Virus record (IMG/VR): IMGVR_UViG_3300049489_001336 | Coordinates: 32,001 to 96,000 of that record | Reading direction: 5' to 3' (one strand) | Length of the DNA: 64,000 nucleotides | Source: a virus | Shown: positions 1 through 9,450 of the stretch, one piece after another | Position numbering within the stretch: the first letter of the stretch is position 1 | Layout: every line of letters starts with the position of its first letter | The notes under the pieces: generated by a model | The model's input: only the letters and a program-made list of their open reading frames with translations | Databases searched by the model: none | What the model was told of the DNA's origin: nothing | Program-made: the position numbers and the translations under genes

Positions 1-82
1 TGATACATTTCATGGGCTTGGAAAACTGGTACTTTCTATGACCCACAACGCAACGATGTTAGATCCCAATGCGGTCGCCTAA
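1..82 (+). CDS. 3' end of an upstream gene (partial)
   Basis: Open frame ...DTFHGLGKLVLSMTHNATMLDPNAVA* ends at TAA 80-82 and overlaps the next ORF start. Confidence 0.4.
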   Translation, partial: DTFHGLGKLVLSMTHNATMLDPNAVA

Positions 83-800
83 TCCACGGCATCGATTCGA
101 GGCGCTCAGCCTTAAACGCGCTGCCCCGGAAACAGAACACGAACGCTCCTTGTTCGTGCTGCTTCATGGGGCAGCCGCGTTAAACACGCTTTGTCCGTTA
201 CGGCCATGGTCGAAGGACGCTGTAATCGACCCCAGCGTTGAATACCCTTACTTAGTTTTTAGGACAGGCTCTATTCGCGCTGTGCTTGAGTCTTTTTTAC
301 TCGCTTCTTCTAACGACGCAGAAGTTGCAGATTCTGTGTCTATGCCTCCTGAAGAGGTAGATATTTATCGTAATTTATTTTTTGATACGACCGTATTTAG
401 AACTGAATTAGAGATTATAGTCTTCATGCAGTCTATTCCTGAAGACGATCCTTACAAGAACTTCTACCGAATTGCTTACCATCAGGGGTTGGGAGCCCTT
501 CGCTGGCATTTCTGTCGTAACAAAGGCCAGATACCCGCTGAAGACGTGGTGCGAACTATCATGACGGATGCCTACTTCCGTTCTTTAGAGCACCGCGGGC
601 AAGTTATTACGGGTAAATTGGCCAAAGAGGCTGCCAAATACGCTAAACTCTCTCTGGAGTGTGCGCGTGCCATTCTACAAAAGAATGACCTCCCTGAGGG
701 AAGCACCGAGGATCTCCGGATTAAGTTCGAGGAAGCCCGCCAGAATCGAACAATCGCAGATCTACAGCGTGAAGTAGGTCCTGAGAAGGTGGTGCACTGA
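69..800 (+). CDS. hypothetical protein, head morphogenesis cluster
   Basis: 243 aa ORF; stop overlaps the next start (TGATG). Confidence 0.7.
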   Translation: MRSPNPRHRFEALSLKRAAPETEHERSLFVLLHGAAALNTLCPLRPWSKDAVIDPSVEYPYLVFRTGSIRAVLESFLLASSNDAEVADSVSMPPEEVDIYRNLFFDTTVFRTELEIIVFMQSIPEDDPYKNFYRIAYHQGLGALRWHFCRNKGQIPAEDVVRTIMTDAYFRSLEHRGQVITGKLAKEAAKYAKLSLECARAILQKNDLPEGSTEDLRIKFEEARQNRTIADLQREVGPEKVVH

Positions 801-1582
801 TGGCTTACGTCACTGAAAATGACTACAAGAAGATGGCGGAGGCTATCGCGGACGATCTCGTTAATAACGGGATTTCGCTCAATGATAGCGTTTCCAAGCT
901 GGCTTCTTCGATGGACATGAACCACGAGCAAATTCGTCGCCTTTGCGAAACGACGAACAACGTGACGTTCAATAAAATGTTCCAATCAAAAGATAAAACA
1001 GCGTCTGATCGAATGATTGAATTCGATGTAGCAGATGCTGATAAAGTTCTTGGCAGCCTTATTAAGCGCGCGTCTTGGATTACTGTAGAAAGCCAAGACG
1101 TCGTATCGCTGTCAGAATACAGGTCTTTACGTGAGGACGTAGCTCCTATTCCTCTTGAAAAGACCGCCAGTACCTTTGAGTTGCGCCCCGAGGCTCGCGC
1201 GAATAAAGAGGTTGACCAGCGTACGCTGCGTAAAACACTCGACCATCTGCGGCATGAAAAAATTGCCACAGAGCTTTTACATACAGATGCTGTCAGTGAA
1301 CTGCGTAGCCAATTTCGGCGCTTGTATCGTGACATGTCTTTCGAGACGTTCGAAAAGAACGCGGTTGCGCTTTACGGCGAAAAAGCGGCGCCTGTTCTCA
1401 ACACGCTTCGCTCTCACATGCGACTTCCTGAAGTTACGTACAACTGTGCGTTGCTACAGAAAACGGCAGGTTATGTGGACGACAGCGCTATCGAATTTAA
1501 GCTTTTAGCTGAGGCGCTTTCTTCGGCAGAAAAGCTAAGAAACATCAACGCAGGCATCGCCAAGCTGGAGACTCTCGTATGA
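800..1582 (+). CDS. putative internal head/scaffold-associated protein with repeated K-x-A motifs
   Basis: 260 aa; DKTAS, KRAS, EKTAS, EKIA, QKTAG; translationally coupled to both neighbours. Confidence 0.65.
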   Translation: MAYVTENDYKKMAEAIADDLVNNGISLNDSVSKLASSMDMNHEQIRRLCETTNNVTFNKMFQSKDKTASDRMIEFDVADADKVLGSLIKRASWITVESQDVVSLSEYRSLREDVAPIPLEKTASTFELRPEARANKEVDQRTLRKTLDHLRHEKIATELLHTDAVSELRSQFRRLYRDMSFETFEKNAVALYGEKAAPVLNTLRSHMRLPEVTYNCALLQKTAGYVDDSAIEFKLLAEALSSAEKLRNINAGIAKLETLV

Positions 1583-2175
1583 GTTTCGAAGATACCGTTA
1601 AAAAAATTGCGGCTTCACCTCTTATGCGAGAGCTTTTTGGTGAAGTGCCGTCTTATCTTTACAAAGAAGCAACAGGACAAGGACCAGCCCCTGGTCTTTT
1701 AGGGCGTATCTTTGGTGGCGCAAAAGACTCCACCACAGGGATGCAAGACGTTTATCGCAATATTGCAGGTAATGTCGGTGCAGGCGCACTGATGGCTGGC
1801 GGCGGTTATCTCGCGGGCAAGGCCGTAGATCGTGTAGGCGAACCGGACGAACAAATTCGCGCTAAGCAGCAGTCCCTCGGGCGGCTCATGGCGGAGCAAG
1901 ATTTCCGTAACACGAGCTTACAAAAGCTCAACCCGTTGCATGAGCAAGTTTTCACGGAATTGGGGGCAGACCCAATCATCGCTAAAGCCGATCCCCAATT
2001 GATTCAATCTGCCTACAGCACCATGAAGCGTATCGCGCCTCATTTAAGTGCGGACCCCAACGCAGCACGTAGTTTCTTACGTGAACATGCGATTTACGGT
2101 ACAGGGCCCAGTTACGCGTCTTTGAAAACTCTCGCAGACGCTGAGCAAGCAGTGTCGCGCGCTGGCGGAGGCTGA
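1579..2175 (+). CDS. putative internal head protein with Gly-rich hydrophobic segment
   Basis: 198 aa; N-terminal KKIAAS; GNVGAGALMAGGGYLAG glycine zipper. Confidence 0.6.
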   Translation: MSFEDTVKKIAASPLMRELFGEVPSYLYKEATGQGPAPGLLGRIFGGAKDSTTGMQDVYRNIAGNVGAGALMAGGGYLAGKAVDRVGEPDEQIRAKQQSLGRLMAEQDFRNTSLQKLNPLHEQVFTELGADPIIAKADPQLIQSAYSTMKRIAPHLSADPNAARSFLREHAIYGTGPSYASLKTLADAEQAVSRAGGG

Positions 2176-2177
2176 GC

Positions 2178-2936
2178 ATGGACTTCGATAAGTTGATGGA
2201 GAAAGTCAGTTCCGCTGAGTTACACATGAGTCCTGCACTGCAGGATGTAATGGCGCGTGTTCGCACGGTGGGTCTGCATAAGGCAGCTGCTGCCGTGAAC
2301 GGCATGCCTGAGATCACTGTAAAGACAGCGGCTCAACGCTTAGGTGCGCGCCTAGTTGAGCGCCATCGGCGTTATGAAAAAATCGCGTCAGGGCTTCAGT
2401 CTTTGGTCTTTATCGAAAAGACGGCAGTGTTGCCGTTTATGGGCTTGGGAGCAGTGGGTGCGCACCGCGCTAATCCAGAAGACCCCGCTTACATGGAGGG
2501 CGCAATGCTTGGTGCTCCAGGAGCCCTTTTGGGCGCTATACCTGCTACGCTAGCCGGGCACGCCATTGATAAATTGACAAAAACAGAAGGCGCAACACTC
2601 CCCGCAGGGGTACTAGGCGCGCTGTACGGCTCTTATAAACTTCCCGAAGTTTTGCTAAGGCCTAAGCAGAATAAAGAAGCGAGCGTACTGCCTCGCCCCA
2701 CAGCAGCTGTACCCAATCCTTCGCGTGTTGAAGGCCTTAAGCGCCTGTTAAAAGAGATGCAGGAAACCCCTCCCCAAATGCCGCAAGCGATGGGTGGCGC
2801 TATTGGCAGTGGTGGATCTTCCGGCATGTTTTCGGCATTTGATAATGCTGCCGAAGGCGTGAATCCCAAGGCAACACTGCGGGGTTCCATGCTGCCGCAT
2901 GAACTTCCTGCGATTCGCGCACTTCCTGGCCGCTGA
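2178..2936 (+). CDS. putative internal head protein (K-x-A motifs, glycine zippers)
   Basis: 252 aa; EKVSS, HKAAA, EKTAV, KEASV; GAMLGAPGALLGA. Confidence 0.6.
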   Translation: MDFDKLMEKVSSAELHMSPALQDVMARVRTVGLHKAAAAVNGMPEITVKTAAQRLGARLVERHRRYEKIASGLQSLVFIEKTAVLPFMGLGAVGAHRANPEDPAYMEGAMLGAPGALLGAIPATLAGHAIDKLTKTEGATLPAGVLGALYGSYKLPEVLLRPKQNKEASVLPRPTAAVPNPSRVEGLKRLLKEMQETPPQMPQAMGGAIGSGGSSGMFSAFDNAAEGVNPKATLRGSMLPHELPAIRALPGR

Positions 2937-2942
2937 GGATTT

Positions 2943-4802
2943 ATGAGCTATTCGAAAATCATTACGCTTGATGAGCACTTCGCTACGGGTGAACCGACCG
3001 TCCAGTTGGTTTCTACGTGGGGGCGTAATGGTAAGCTTTTGCGTGAAGCAACGTCGCTTCACAAGATCGCTAGTACGAATAGCCCCGCGCTTGATTACAT
3101 CCGTAATGTGGCACCTGAACCCGGCAAGAGCATCGTGCTTGTCGTTGGTTTAGGTGACCACGAAACGTATGGCCCGAATCGCAATGGTGACGGATTTCCT
3201 TCTCAACCAATGCGCGGGAAAATTGCAGCGGATGAAGTGCTAACAAAGCACTATCAAACGTACGATAACGCGCACGTATTTGAGCATCACGTAAATAACG
3301 ATCCCAGTAAAGCCATCGGTAAAGTTAAAAAGGCTTTCTGGAATCCTGCAATGCGGCGCGTTGAGCTCATCGAGGATTTCGATCACGAAAAGGCGCCGCA
3401 TCTTTTAGAGAAAATCGCAAGCGGTGAGTATCCAGCTAAGAGCATGGGGGCGCGCATCAAATACGATGTATGTTCCAATTGCGCCAATAAAGCCCGCACA
3501 CGCTCGGAATACTGTGACCATCTAAAATTCGCAATGAGTCGTATTGACCCCGAAACCGGGATTCAAAATGCTGCGCTTAACCCCAGTCCTCATTTTTTCG
3601 ATAGTTCTTGGGTTATTCGGCCTGCAGATCGTACTGGCTACATGCTTAAAAAGGTAGCTAAAGAGCACCCCTACGAGATTCGCTTGGGTGGCTTTGAATT
3701 CGGTGAAATCGTCAATGATTTATCTCAGAAAGCAGCTGAGATCGGTAAAGCTGCGGATATTGAGAAAATCATTCAAGGTGAACCCGCCGCGAGTGTGTCT
3801 AATTTAGACCCCGCCGACGCACGTCTTGTCGAGCGTTATATGCAGGAGTGCGCTTGTTCTGACGAGCCGAAAGACAATTCCGGCGTCGTCAATATCATGA
3901 TTTCTTACAAGCCCAATGAGGCGATGGACACTGCCGAAGCTGCAGGCCTTCCATTAGGTTTGAAAGAAATCATGCAAATGTTCTTGGGCAAATTGGATCC
4001 TGAACAAGGTCCAAGTTGTGCTTCACCTGAATTACTGAAGTCTGCGAATGACCATTTAGGTCTTATTTTCTCGGTATTTAATGCGTACCCGCGCTTTTAT
4101 TCAGACTTAATCAAAGAGGCGAATTTAGATCAACCTTTCGCGGTAAATGAAGACTTACTGCAAAAAATCGCGATTTGGGATAGTCCGACAGGAGACTACG
4201 TAAAGCGCACGGTGTTGCCGTCTAGCCTATATAGCGGGCGCCCCAAAACGGACGTACTTACGTGGACTGACCCTAATTCGGGCGTTCAGTACAAAACTAA
4301 CTACAATCACGTTCAACAAACCCAAGACGCGCTCATCCGTAAAGGTCTTAAAGACAAAGCAACCGTCAGTGGTGCTTTGTTAGGGACAGGCGCTTTACTA
4401 GGTGGCGCCGCTTACGGTCTTCGTCGTACGCGTGTACCGACGAACTTGCGCCGCGGAATGGGGCTTGTCGGTGCAGGTCTTGGTTTAGTTGGCGGCAAAA
4501 AGTTGATCGACCCTACACCTATTGCCGGACCAAAAATCGTAACTGATCAAGGCGAAACTATTTCTGGTTGGACGCCGATGGTTCAAAACAAAGCCGCCGG
4601 CTACAACCCCGACTTCGCTTACGTCGTAAAGCGCGCGTCAGAGAAACCCTCCAAGATGGATTCTCAGTACATTAAGGGATTCATATCTGGATTGAAGCAG
4701 GCTGAAATCCATGATGCTATGAGCCCCTTTATTGGACCGAACTTAGACTTCGACAAAGTTGCGCAAGCCCTTGGTACGTCGATATTAAAGCGTTCCGAGT
4801 AA
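2943..4802 (+). CDS. putative prohead (capsid maturation) protease with Zn-binding insert and C-terminal cargo-like region
   Basis: HVFEHHVN...GKV...VELI...KSMGARIKYDVCSNC...YCDH pattern resembles His/Ser prohead proteases; lies upstream of the scaffold and capsid genes; many K-x-A sites. Confidence 0.55.
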   Translation: MSYSKIITLDEHFATGEPTVQLVSTWGRNGKLLREATSLHKIASTNSPALDYIRNVAPEPGKSIVLVVGLGDHETYGPNRNGDGFPSQPMRGKIAADEVLTKHYQTYDNAHVFEHHVNNDPSKAIGKVKKAFWNPAMRRVELIEDFDHEKAPHLLEKIASGEYPAKSMGARIKYDVCSNCANKARTRSEYCDHLKFAMSRIDPETGIQNAALNPSPHFFDSSWVIRPADRTGYMLKKVAKEHPYEIRLGGFEFGEIVNDLSQKAAEIGKAADIEKIIQGEPAASVSNLDPADARLVERYMQECACSDEPKDNSGVVNIMISYKPNEAMDTAEAAGLPLGLKEIMQMFLGKLDPEQGPSCASPELLKSANDHLGLIFSVFNAYPRFYSDLIKEANLDQPFAVNEDLLQKIAIWDSPTGDYVKRTVLPSSLYSGRPKTDVLTWTDPNSGVQYKTNYNHVQQTQDALIRKGLKDKATVSGALLGTGALLGGAAYGLRRTRVPTNLRRGMGLVGAGLGLVGGKKLIDPTPIAGPKIVTDQGETISGWTPMVQNKAAGYNPDFAYVVKRASEKPSKMDSQYIKGFISGLKQAEIHDAMSPFIGPNLDFDKVAQALGTSILKRSE

Positions 4803-4805
4803 AGC

Positions 4806-4834
4806 TTGTACAAACAAAGACTACGCCCTAAGAT
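4806..4834 (+). promoter_or_regulatory. sigma70-like promoter for the scaffold/capsid operon
   Basis: TTGTAC-17 nt-TAAGAT in the intergenic gap before 4862. Confidence 0.5.
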
Positions 4835-4861
4835 TAACCACGAAACCCTTGAGAGGGACAC

Positions 4862-5413
4862 ATGGCTGAAGAGAGCGCATTTACCCGTATTTTGAACAGC
4901 CTCAACGCTGCTGATACCGGGGTATCCGAAAAAACCGCGTCTGCTAACACAACGCCAAACGCGGCCACACGTCTTGTGGAAACCGTGCGTTCTGTCGCAG
5001 CCTCCACAAATAAGACAGCTTCCGCTAAGGCAGCTCCCGTGACGCCCGCTGCTTCGTTGGAGCAGATGGCCAAGCAGGCGCAAGCTGCTGAGCAGGAGCA
5101 GTTGGTCAAAGAGGCCCATCTCATGGGCGCCGCGATGGCTGACGGTTTTATGGAGCGCTTTGCACAGTATGACGTTGCGCTTTCTGGCGTAAAGACAGCA
5201 TCGCCGGCTGTACTTCCAGAAGCTCAGATTCAGAAAATTGCGGAAGCCGCTTACAGCCGCGCCGTCCAGGACATGGAAAAACACGCTGAAGCGGAGTTCG
5301 AGCGGGGTTATCAAGACCAGCTCCAAGAGATTCACAAGATCGCGGCTGACATGCATTTCATTGGTCAGACCGCCGCCAGCACGCTCATTAACGAGGCGCG
5401 TAAGGCCCAATGA
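4862..5413 (+). CDS. putative scaffold/inner core protein
   Basis: 183 aa, Ala-rich and helical; KTAS x3, KIA x2; RBS GAGGGA. Confidence 0.6.
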   Translation: MAEESAFTRILNSLNAADTGVSEKTASANTTPNAATRLVETVRSVAASTNKTASAKAAPVTPAASLEQMAKQAQAAEQEQLVKEAHLMGAAMADGFMERFAQYDVALSGVKTASPAVLPEAQIQKIAEAAYSRAVQDMEKHAEAEFERGYQDQLQEIHKIAADMHFIGQTAASTLINEARKAQ

Positions 5414-6039
5414 GCCGCTACGTAAACATCAGCGAGCTTGCAGACCAGGTACTTGCGTCAGTAGCTACTGAAGCGAGTACAAAGGTAGCGTCTGCACCTG
5501 CTCCAGCTAAGGCTTCGGTTCCGGTAGCGCGTGACATCAAAAAGCTTGCTGATGATTTACGTGCAATGCCCGAACAAGATGAAGTAGGCGACGAAGACCT
5601 CCAAGCGGTTCTCAATGACCCTGAGGTTTTAGAGCTTCTTCAAGCATTAGAAAATGACCCTGAGCTCCTCCAGGCTCTTCTCAGCGAAGAGGACTTTGGG
5701 GAAGCTGAGCCTGGCATGGAAGAAATGCAAGGCATGGAGGGCATGCAAGGCATGGAGGGGCTCGATCCTTCCGCCGACCCCCTTTCTGCGCAACAAGGTC
5801 CTTCGGAAAAATCCGAAGGTAAGCGCGAAAAAGACAAAGGTGAATCTGATTCACCCGAAGGTAAGGATAAACCTGCGCCTTTTGGTCAAAAATCAGGGTC
5901 TCTCAGCGCAGACCTCCGTAAAATCGCCGCGTATTTACGCCAACAAGAAACACAAGCCAAGCGAGTACGCTTGGTAAAGGCAGCGGCAATGTTAAATGCC
6001 GCGACTGGCCTTCAGCACCTCATTGGGGGTTCAAAGTGA
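5410..6039 (+). CDS. putative acidic scaffold-like protein
   Basis: 209 aa; acidic low-complexity middle with MQGMEG repeats; KVAS, KIAA, KAAA. Confidence 0.6.
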   Translation: MSRYVNISELADQVLASVATEASTKVASAPAPAKASVPVARDIKKLADDLRAMPEQDEVGDEDLQAVLNDPEVLELLQALENDPELLQALLSEEDFGEAEPGMEEMQGMEGMQGMEGLDPSADPLSAQQGPSEKSEGKREKDKGESDSPEGKDKPAPFGQKSGSLSADLRKIAAYLRQQETQAKRVRLVKAAAMLNAATGLQHLIGGSK

Positions 6040-6395
6040 GCAAGGTAAGTAGAACAAAGCTTGCTGGTGTGCTCGAAGCCGTCGCTGATTATATCGACGA
6101 AAACGAGAGCCAAAAGCTGGCTTCTGAAAAAGTTGCGCGTGAAGAGCGCATTCAAAAGCTCGCCAAGAGCTACGAAACCTCCACGGGTGAAACCTTGGCG
6201 CCTGCTTTTAAAGAAAAGCTGGCGAACCTTGATCCCGAAACCCTTGATCATTTACTCAAGGTTGCCAAAAATAACGATGAGTCTCCGGTCTCCTTAGGCG
6301 GGCCGGCGGATACAAGCGATACCCCGGCTCCCCGCACAGTCAAGGAAGCCGCGGCTCAAGCAGAAAACCGATTCCTTGACTGGCTCATTAGCTGA
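6036..6395 (+). CDS. putative scaffold-like protein
   Basis: 119 aa, GTG start overlapping the previous stop; KLAS, KVAK, KEAA; just upstream of the capsid genes. Confidence 0.6.
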   Translation: MSKVSRTKLAGVLEAVADYIDENESQKLASEKVAREERIQKLAKSYETSTGETLAPAFKEKLANLDPETLDHLLKVAKNNDESPVSLGGPADTSDTPAPRTVKEAAAQAENRFLDWLIS

Positions 6396-6420
6396 AAACA
6401 GGCTCAGGAGATAAGTTCCA

Positions 6421-6888
6421 ATGGCAAGTCTCAATGACAAGTTCGACGTACTCCGCGGCTGGGAACCTGGTGGCGACGCTGGTGTTGACCAATCGCTCCC
6501 TCCGGTGAAGGTCAGTAACGTTCCCGTTACCCTTTTGCCAGGGTATATCGTTGCTCTTAATTCCAGCGGCGAAGTTAACGTCGCTACGACTGCTGCTGAC
6601 GTCACCCTGGGTACGGCACAGCCCCAGCGTGTGTATGTCGTAGTGGAAGGCAATGGCGCCGACTATTCGACCGTATTTACGGAGAAGGTCGTGTGCCTTC
6701 GCGGCAAGCTCACCGTGAAGACTGACAAGCTTGGTGCTTCGCAGTCGTTCCCGGTTAACGGCAAGGTGTCGTTCAGCGCGGGTCTCTTGGTTGACGCCGG
6801 CGCTACAGCGACCACGCAAGTCATTGGTACGGTACTCGCGAACAACGTGTCCGCGAACGGTACCATCACAGTCGAACTCGACCTGTGA
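6421..6888 (+). CDS. capsid decoration/cement protein
   Basis: 155 aa beta-rich protein directly upstream of the MCP; strongly biased (high-expression) codon usage. Confidence 0.6.
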   Translation: MASLNDKFDVLRGWEPGGDAGVDQSLPPVKVSNVPVTLLPGYIVALNSSGEVNVATTAADVTLGTAQPQRVYVVVEGNGADYSTVFTEKVVCLRGKLTVKTDKLGASQSFPVNGKVSFSAGLLVDAGATATTQVIGTVLANNVSANGTITVELDL

Positions 6889-6934
6889 TCGAACCCTAGT
6901 AATTACCCTGTAAAAAGGACACGGAGTTAAAATA

Positions 6935-7870
6935 ATGTCTTCGACCGCGTACCGCACCGAGACCGAAAAGGTTTCCGCTCAGTTCATTAACTCGAACTTT
7001 GTTCGTAAGCTTGAGCAGGGTCGAGTAAAGGAAGCTACGGAAGAGGGCTCTGCCTTTATCCGCACGAAAATGCGCCAGGAGGCGTTTGTTCGTGAGGTGC
7101 TTCCTCCGATCATGCTCGCGGACGACGAAATCGACCGCGACGAGAATACGGACCAGCCCAAGAAGATCGTCGAGAAGGAGCCTGACTCCGAGGCGACGTT
7201 CGTACCTTTCCATGGTACAGGTCCGCGCACCATTTTCCGTGGTCCCCGCTACGCGGTGTACTTCGGAAAGACCGAGTCTCAGCGCTTCCGTAAGTCGAAG
7301 TTTGAGCTGATGACCTATCAGAACGACATCCGCAAAATCCTTTCGGATAACTCCGTGAAGGACATGGCGGACCAGGAAGACCTGAAGTTCATCACCACGA
7401 TCAACACCATCCTCGCGGGTGCTGCTCCGCAGGTGAAGACGAACGCTGGCTTTACCTCGGCGGCCTTCAAGAAGGGCTTCCAGAACCTGGTCTCGCGTCG
7501 CCTGCCTATCGGCAAGGTGCTTATGACGAAGACCTGCTACTACGAGGCCCTCGACCTGCCGGCGACCTCGGTTGGTGACGACATTGCGTCGGGTCACTAC
7601 CGTGACGGTATCGAGAAGGAAGAGCGCCTTTGGGGCATTCCGGTCGTGACCACGATCAAGAATGACATCCTCACGGCCCAGGGCGGCGCCACCCACTCGG
7701 TGTATTTCTTCGCTCCGGAGAATTACCTGGGTAACTTCTTCCTTCTCCAGGATGCTACGTTGTTCATCAAGCAGGAAGCGGATATGATCTTCTTCCACAG
7801 CTACGCAGCGCCTGGCATCGGTATCGGTAACACCGCCGCGATGGCCCGCGTAGATATCACTATCGCGTGA
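6935..7870 (+). CDS. major capsid protein (HK97-like fold inferred)
   Basis: 311 aa, strongest codon bias in the window, position after protease/scaffold/decoration genes; C-terminal FFHSYAAPGIGIGN pattern typical of HK97-fold MCP ends. Confidence 0.75.
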   Translation: MSSTAYRTETEKVSAQFINSNFVRKLEQGRVKEATEEGSAFIRTKMRQEAFVREVLPPIMLADDEIDRDENTDQPKKIVEKEPDSEATFVPFHGTGPRTIFRGPRYAVYFGKTESQRFRKSKFELMTYQNDIRKILSDNSVKDMADQEDLKFITTINTILAGAAPQVKTNAGFTSAAFKKGFQNLVSRRLPIGKVLMTKTCYYEALDLPATSVGDDIASGHYRDGIEKEERLWGIPVVTTIKNDILTAQGGATHSVYFFAPENYLGNFFLLQDATLFIKQEADMIFFHSYAAPGIGIGNTAAMARVDITIA

Positions 7871-7875
7871 GGCTC

Positions 7876-8337
7876 ATGAAACTGCATTGGCTACAACTTA
7901 ATCGTTCTGGAGTAGTGCTTGAGATTTCGCATCTCAAGGATTACGGCGGTCAACCTCTGGTGTTTCGGCCCCCGAGCTTGACTCGACGTTGTGTAACAGA
8001 TGAGGTTTTTAATAACCCGCTTGTTGCCGACTACAGAACGCAAAGGCTACTCATTGAAGTAGACAGTAGCGGTGCAGTTTCGCCTCCGCCTGCGGCTCCT
8101 ACCCCACCTAAAGCGGTAGAGCCGCCGGCAGAGCTATCGGTTGTGCAAACGACGACGGTGCCGCCCACGGTTACCGAACCTGCTTCTACGGAACCAGTTT
8201 CTGAGCCTGCTGTTGAGGAACCTAAGGCCAATGCAGCAGAGCCTACGTCTTCTGAGCCTACTCCGGACTCCTCCGTGTCCAACGATGAGGCTGCTCCCAA
8301 AAGTGGGTTCGAGCTCAAGCGTCGCAACAAGCGCTAA
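7876..8337 (+). CDS. hypothetical protein with Pro/Glu-rich linker
   Basis: ATG at 7876 preferred over GTG 7867; folded N-terminus, PEST-like tail, basic C-terminus. Confidence 0.55.
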   Translation: MKLHWLQLNRSGVVLEISHLKDYGGQPLVFRPPSLTRRCVTDEVFNNPLVADYRTQRLLIEVDSSGAVSPPPAAPTPPKAVEPPAELSVVQTTTVPPTVTEPASTEPVSEPAVEEPKANAAEPTSSEPTPDSSVSNDEAAPKSGFELKRRNKR

Positions 8338-8360
8338 CACAACCTCTAGTTCTTGAGAGG

Positions 8361-8396
8361 AGCGCGCACATCTTAGATGTGACGCGCTTTTTCTTT
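8361..8396 (+). terminator. Rho-independent terminator after the capsid operon
   Basis: AGCGCGCACATC-TTA-GATGTGACGCGCT stem followed by TTTTCTTT. Confidence 0.7.
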
Positions 8397-8960
8397 ATGG
8401 GCACACAAACAATCAAATGGTTTCCAGCAACGTCTCCCAACGTTATCGCTTATGAAGTATTAAAAAGCGATACAGGTATCGACGGTCCCTACACGTTGCT
8501 GACACAGGTATTGCACCAAATTCCTGGCGTAAATTGGGACAACACAGGTAGTTATTTCTTCTTTAATGATGAAGAAATAAGTTACCGCTACTACCGCTTA
8601 CGCGTTTTAGACCGCTACGGCAACGTAGCTGAAGACGAAGCGCCAACGCCGTTCAAAGCAGGAAATGACCCTGTCATTGCCCCTACGCTTTACGTAGTAG
8701 CGCTGACCGAAAATACGGGGGGCGCCAACGCACTTCAGTACATCACGAACGGAGGTACTCCTGTTGCAGGGGCTGCGATTCGCGTGTACCGAAAAATAGA
8801 TTACGACACAAATAACCTTAGCCGCGTAGTGGGCACGTCAGTCACCACTGCCACCGGCGGTTGGGCGGTTCCTGTATTTGTTGAGCCTGGAGACACTTAC
8901 ACGATCGTTTATCATAAGGTAAACGAGTACGGACCTGATAAAACCGAAGTCACGGTGTGA
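8397..8960 (+). CDS. virion structural protein (FN3/Ig-like plus carboxypeptidase-regulatory-like beta domains)
   Basis: beta-rich; W...Y.V.KS...YRYYRLRV (FN3-like) and GAAIRVY...TTATGGW patterns; ATG 8397. Confidence 0.5.
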   Translation: MGTQTIKWFPATSPNVIAYEVLKSDTGIDGPYTLLTQVLHQIPGVNWDNTGSYFFFNDEEISYRYYRLRVLDRYGNVAEDEAPTPFKAGNDPVIAPTLYVVALTENTGGANALQYITNGGTPVAGAAIRVYRKIDYDTNNLSRVVGTSVTTATGGWAVPVFVEPGDTYTIVYHKVNEYGPDKTEVTV

Positions 8961-8966
8961 GGTTCC

Positions 8967-9446
8967 ATGCCTATCGTAGCGACTCCTACCACTCCTGTTA
9001 TTTTGACCGTTGATCAAATTCGACGGTTTATGCGGGACTATCCAAATCAAAACATTTTACTGGATGCAGTCGAGTACTCTCAGGACGACGTAAATCAGGG
9101 CGTTGAAATGGTTACCTCGCGTTATAACGCGATTACGCCCCAAACTAATCTGATAGCGTCCTCCTGGCCTTCTCACCTTCAATACATTCTTCTACTCGGT
9201 GTCGCGGCGTATTTGCTTAAAAGCAACGCAATTCTTCAATTAAGAAATCAAGCCACTTACCAAGACGGCGACGTCGCTCCCATCGGTATCGATGACAAGT
9301 ACGCGCAGCATTTACAGCTTGCGCAAGTGCTTGATGCAGAGTGGCTCGACATGGTTACAAAAATCAAAATTCAAAATAACCTTGAAGAAGGTTATGGCAG
9401 CCTGAGTTCAGGCTACGTTAACGTCAGTCGTTACCACCACCGGTGA
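8967..9446 (+). CDS. putative head-tail adaptor (head completion) protein
   Basis: 159 aa helical protein (LTVDQIRRFMRD...LLLGVAAYLL) at the typical position after the MCP. Confidence 0.5.
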   Translation: MPIVATPTTPVILTVDQIRRFMRDYPNQNILLDAVEYSQDDVNQGVEMVTSRYNAITPQTNLIASSWPSHLQYILLLGVAAYLLKSNAILQLRNQATYQDGDVAPIGIDDKYAQHLQLAQVLDAEWLDMVTKIKIQNNLEEGYGSLSSGYVNVSRYHHR

Positions 9447-9450
9447 ACCC

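Noticed and set aside
1579-2175. C-terminal GGG as a second ubiquitin-like protein
   Set aside because: The protein is helical and glycine-zipper type, with no beta-grasp pattern; it sits in the head cluster
6388-7798. Long minus-strand ORFs (6388-6957, 6896-7798)
   Set aside because: Antisense shadows of the highly codon-biased decoration and capsid genes
7860-7880. Programmed frameshift or readthrough extending the major capsid protein
   Set aside because: No slippery heptamer at the junction; the next gene has its own in-frame ATG
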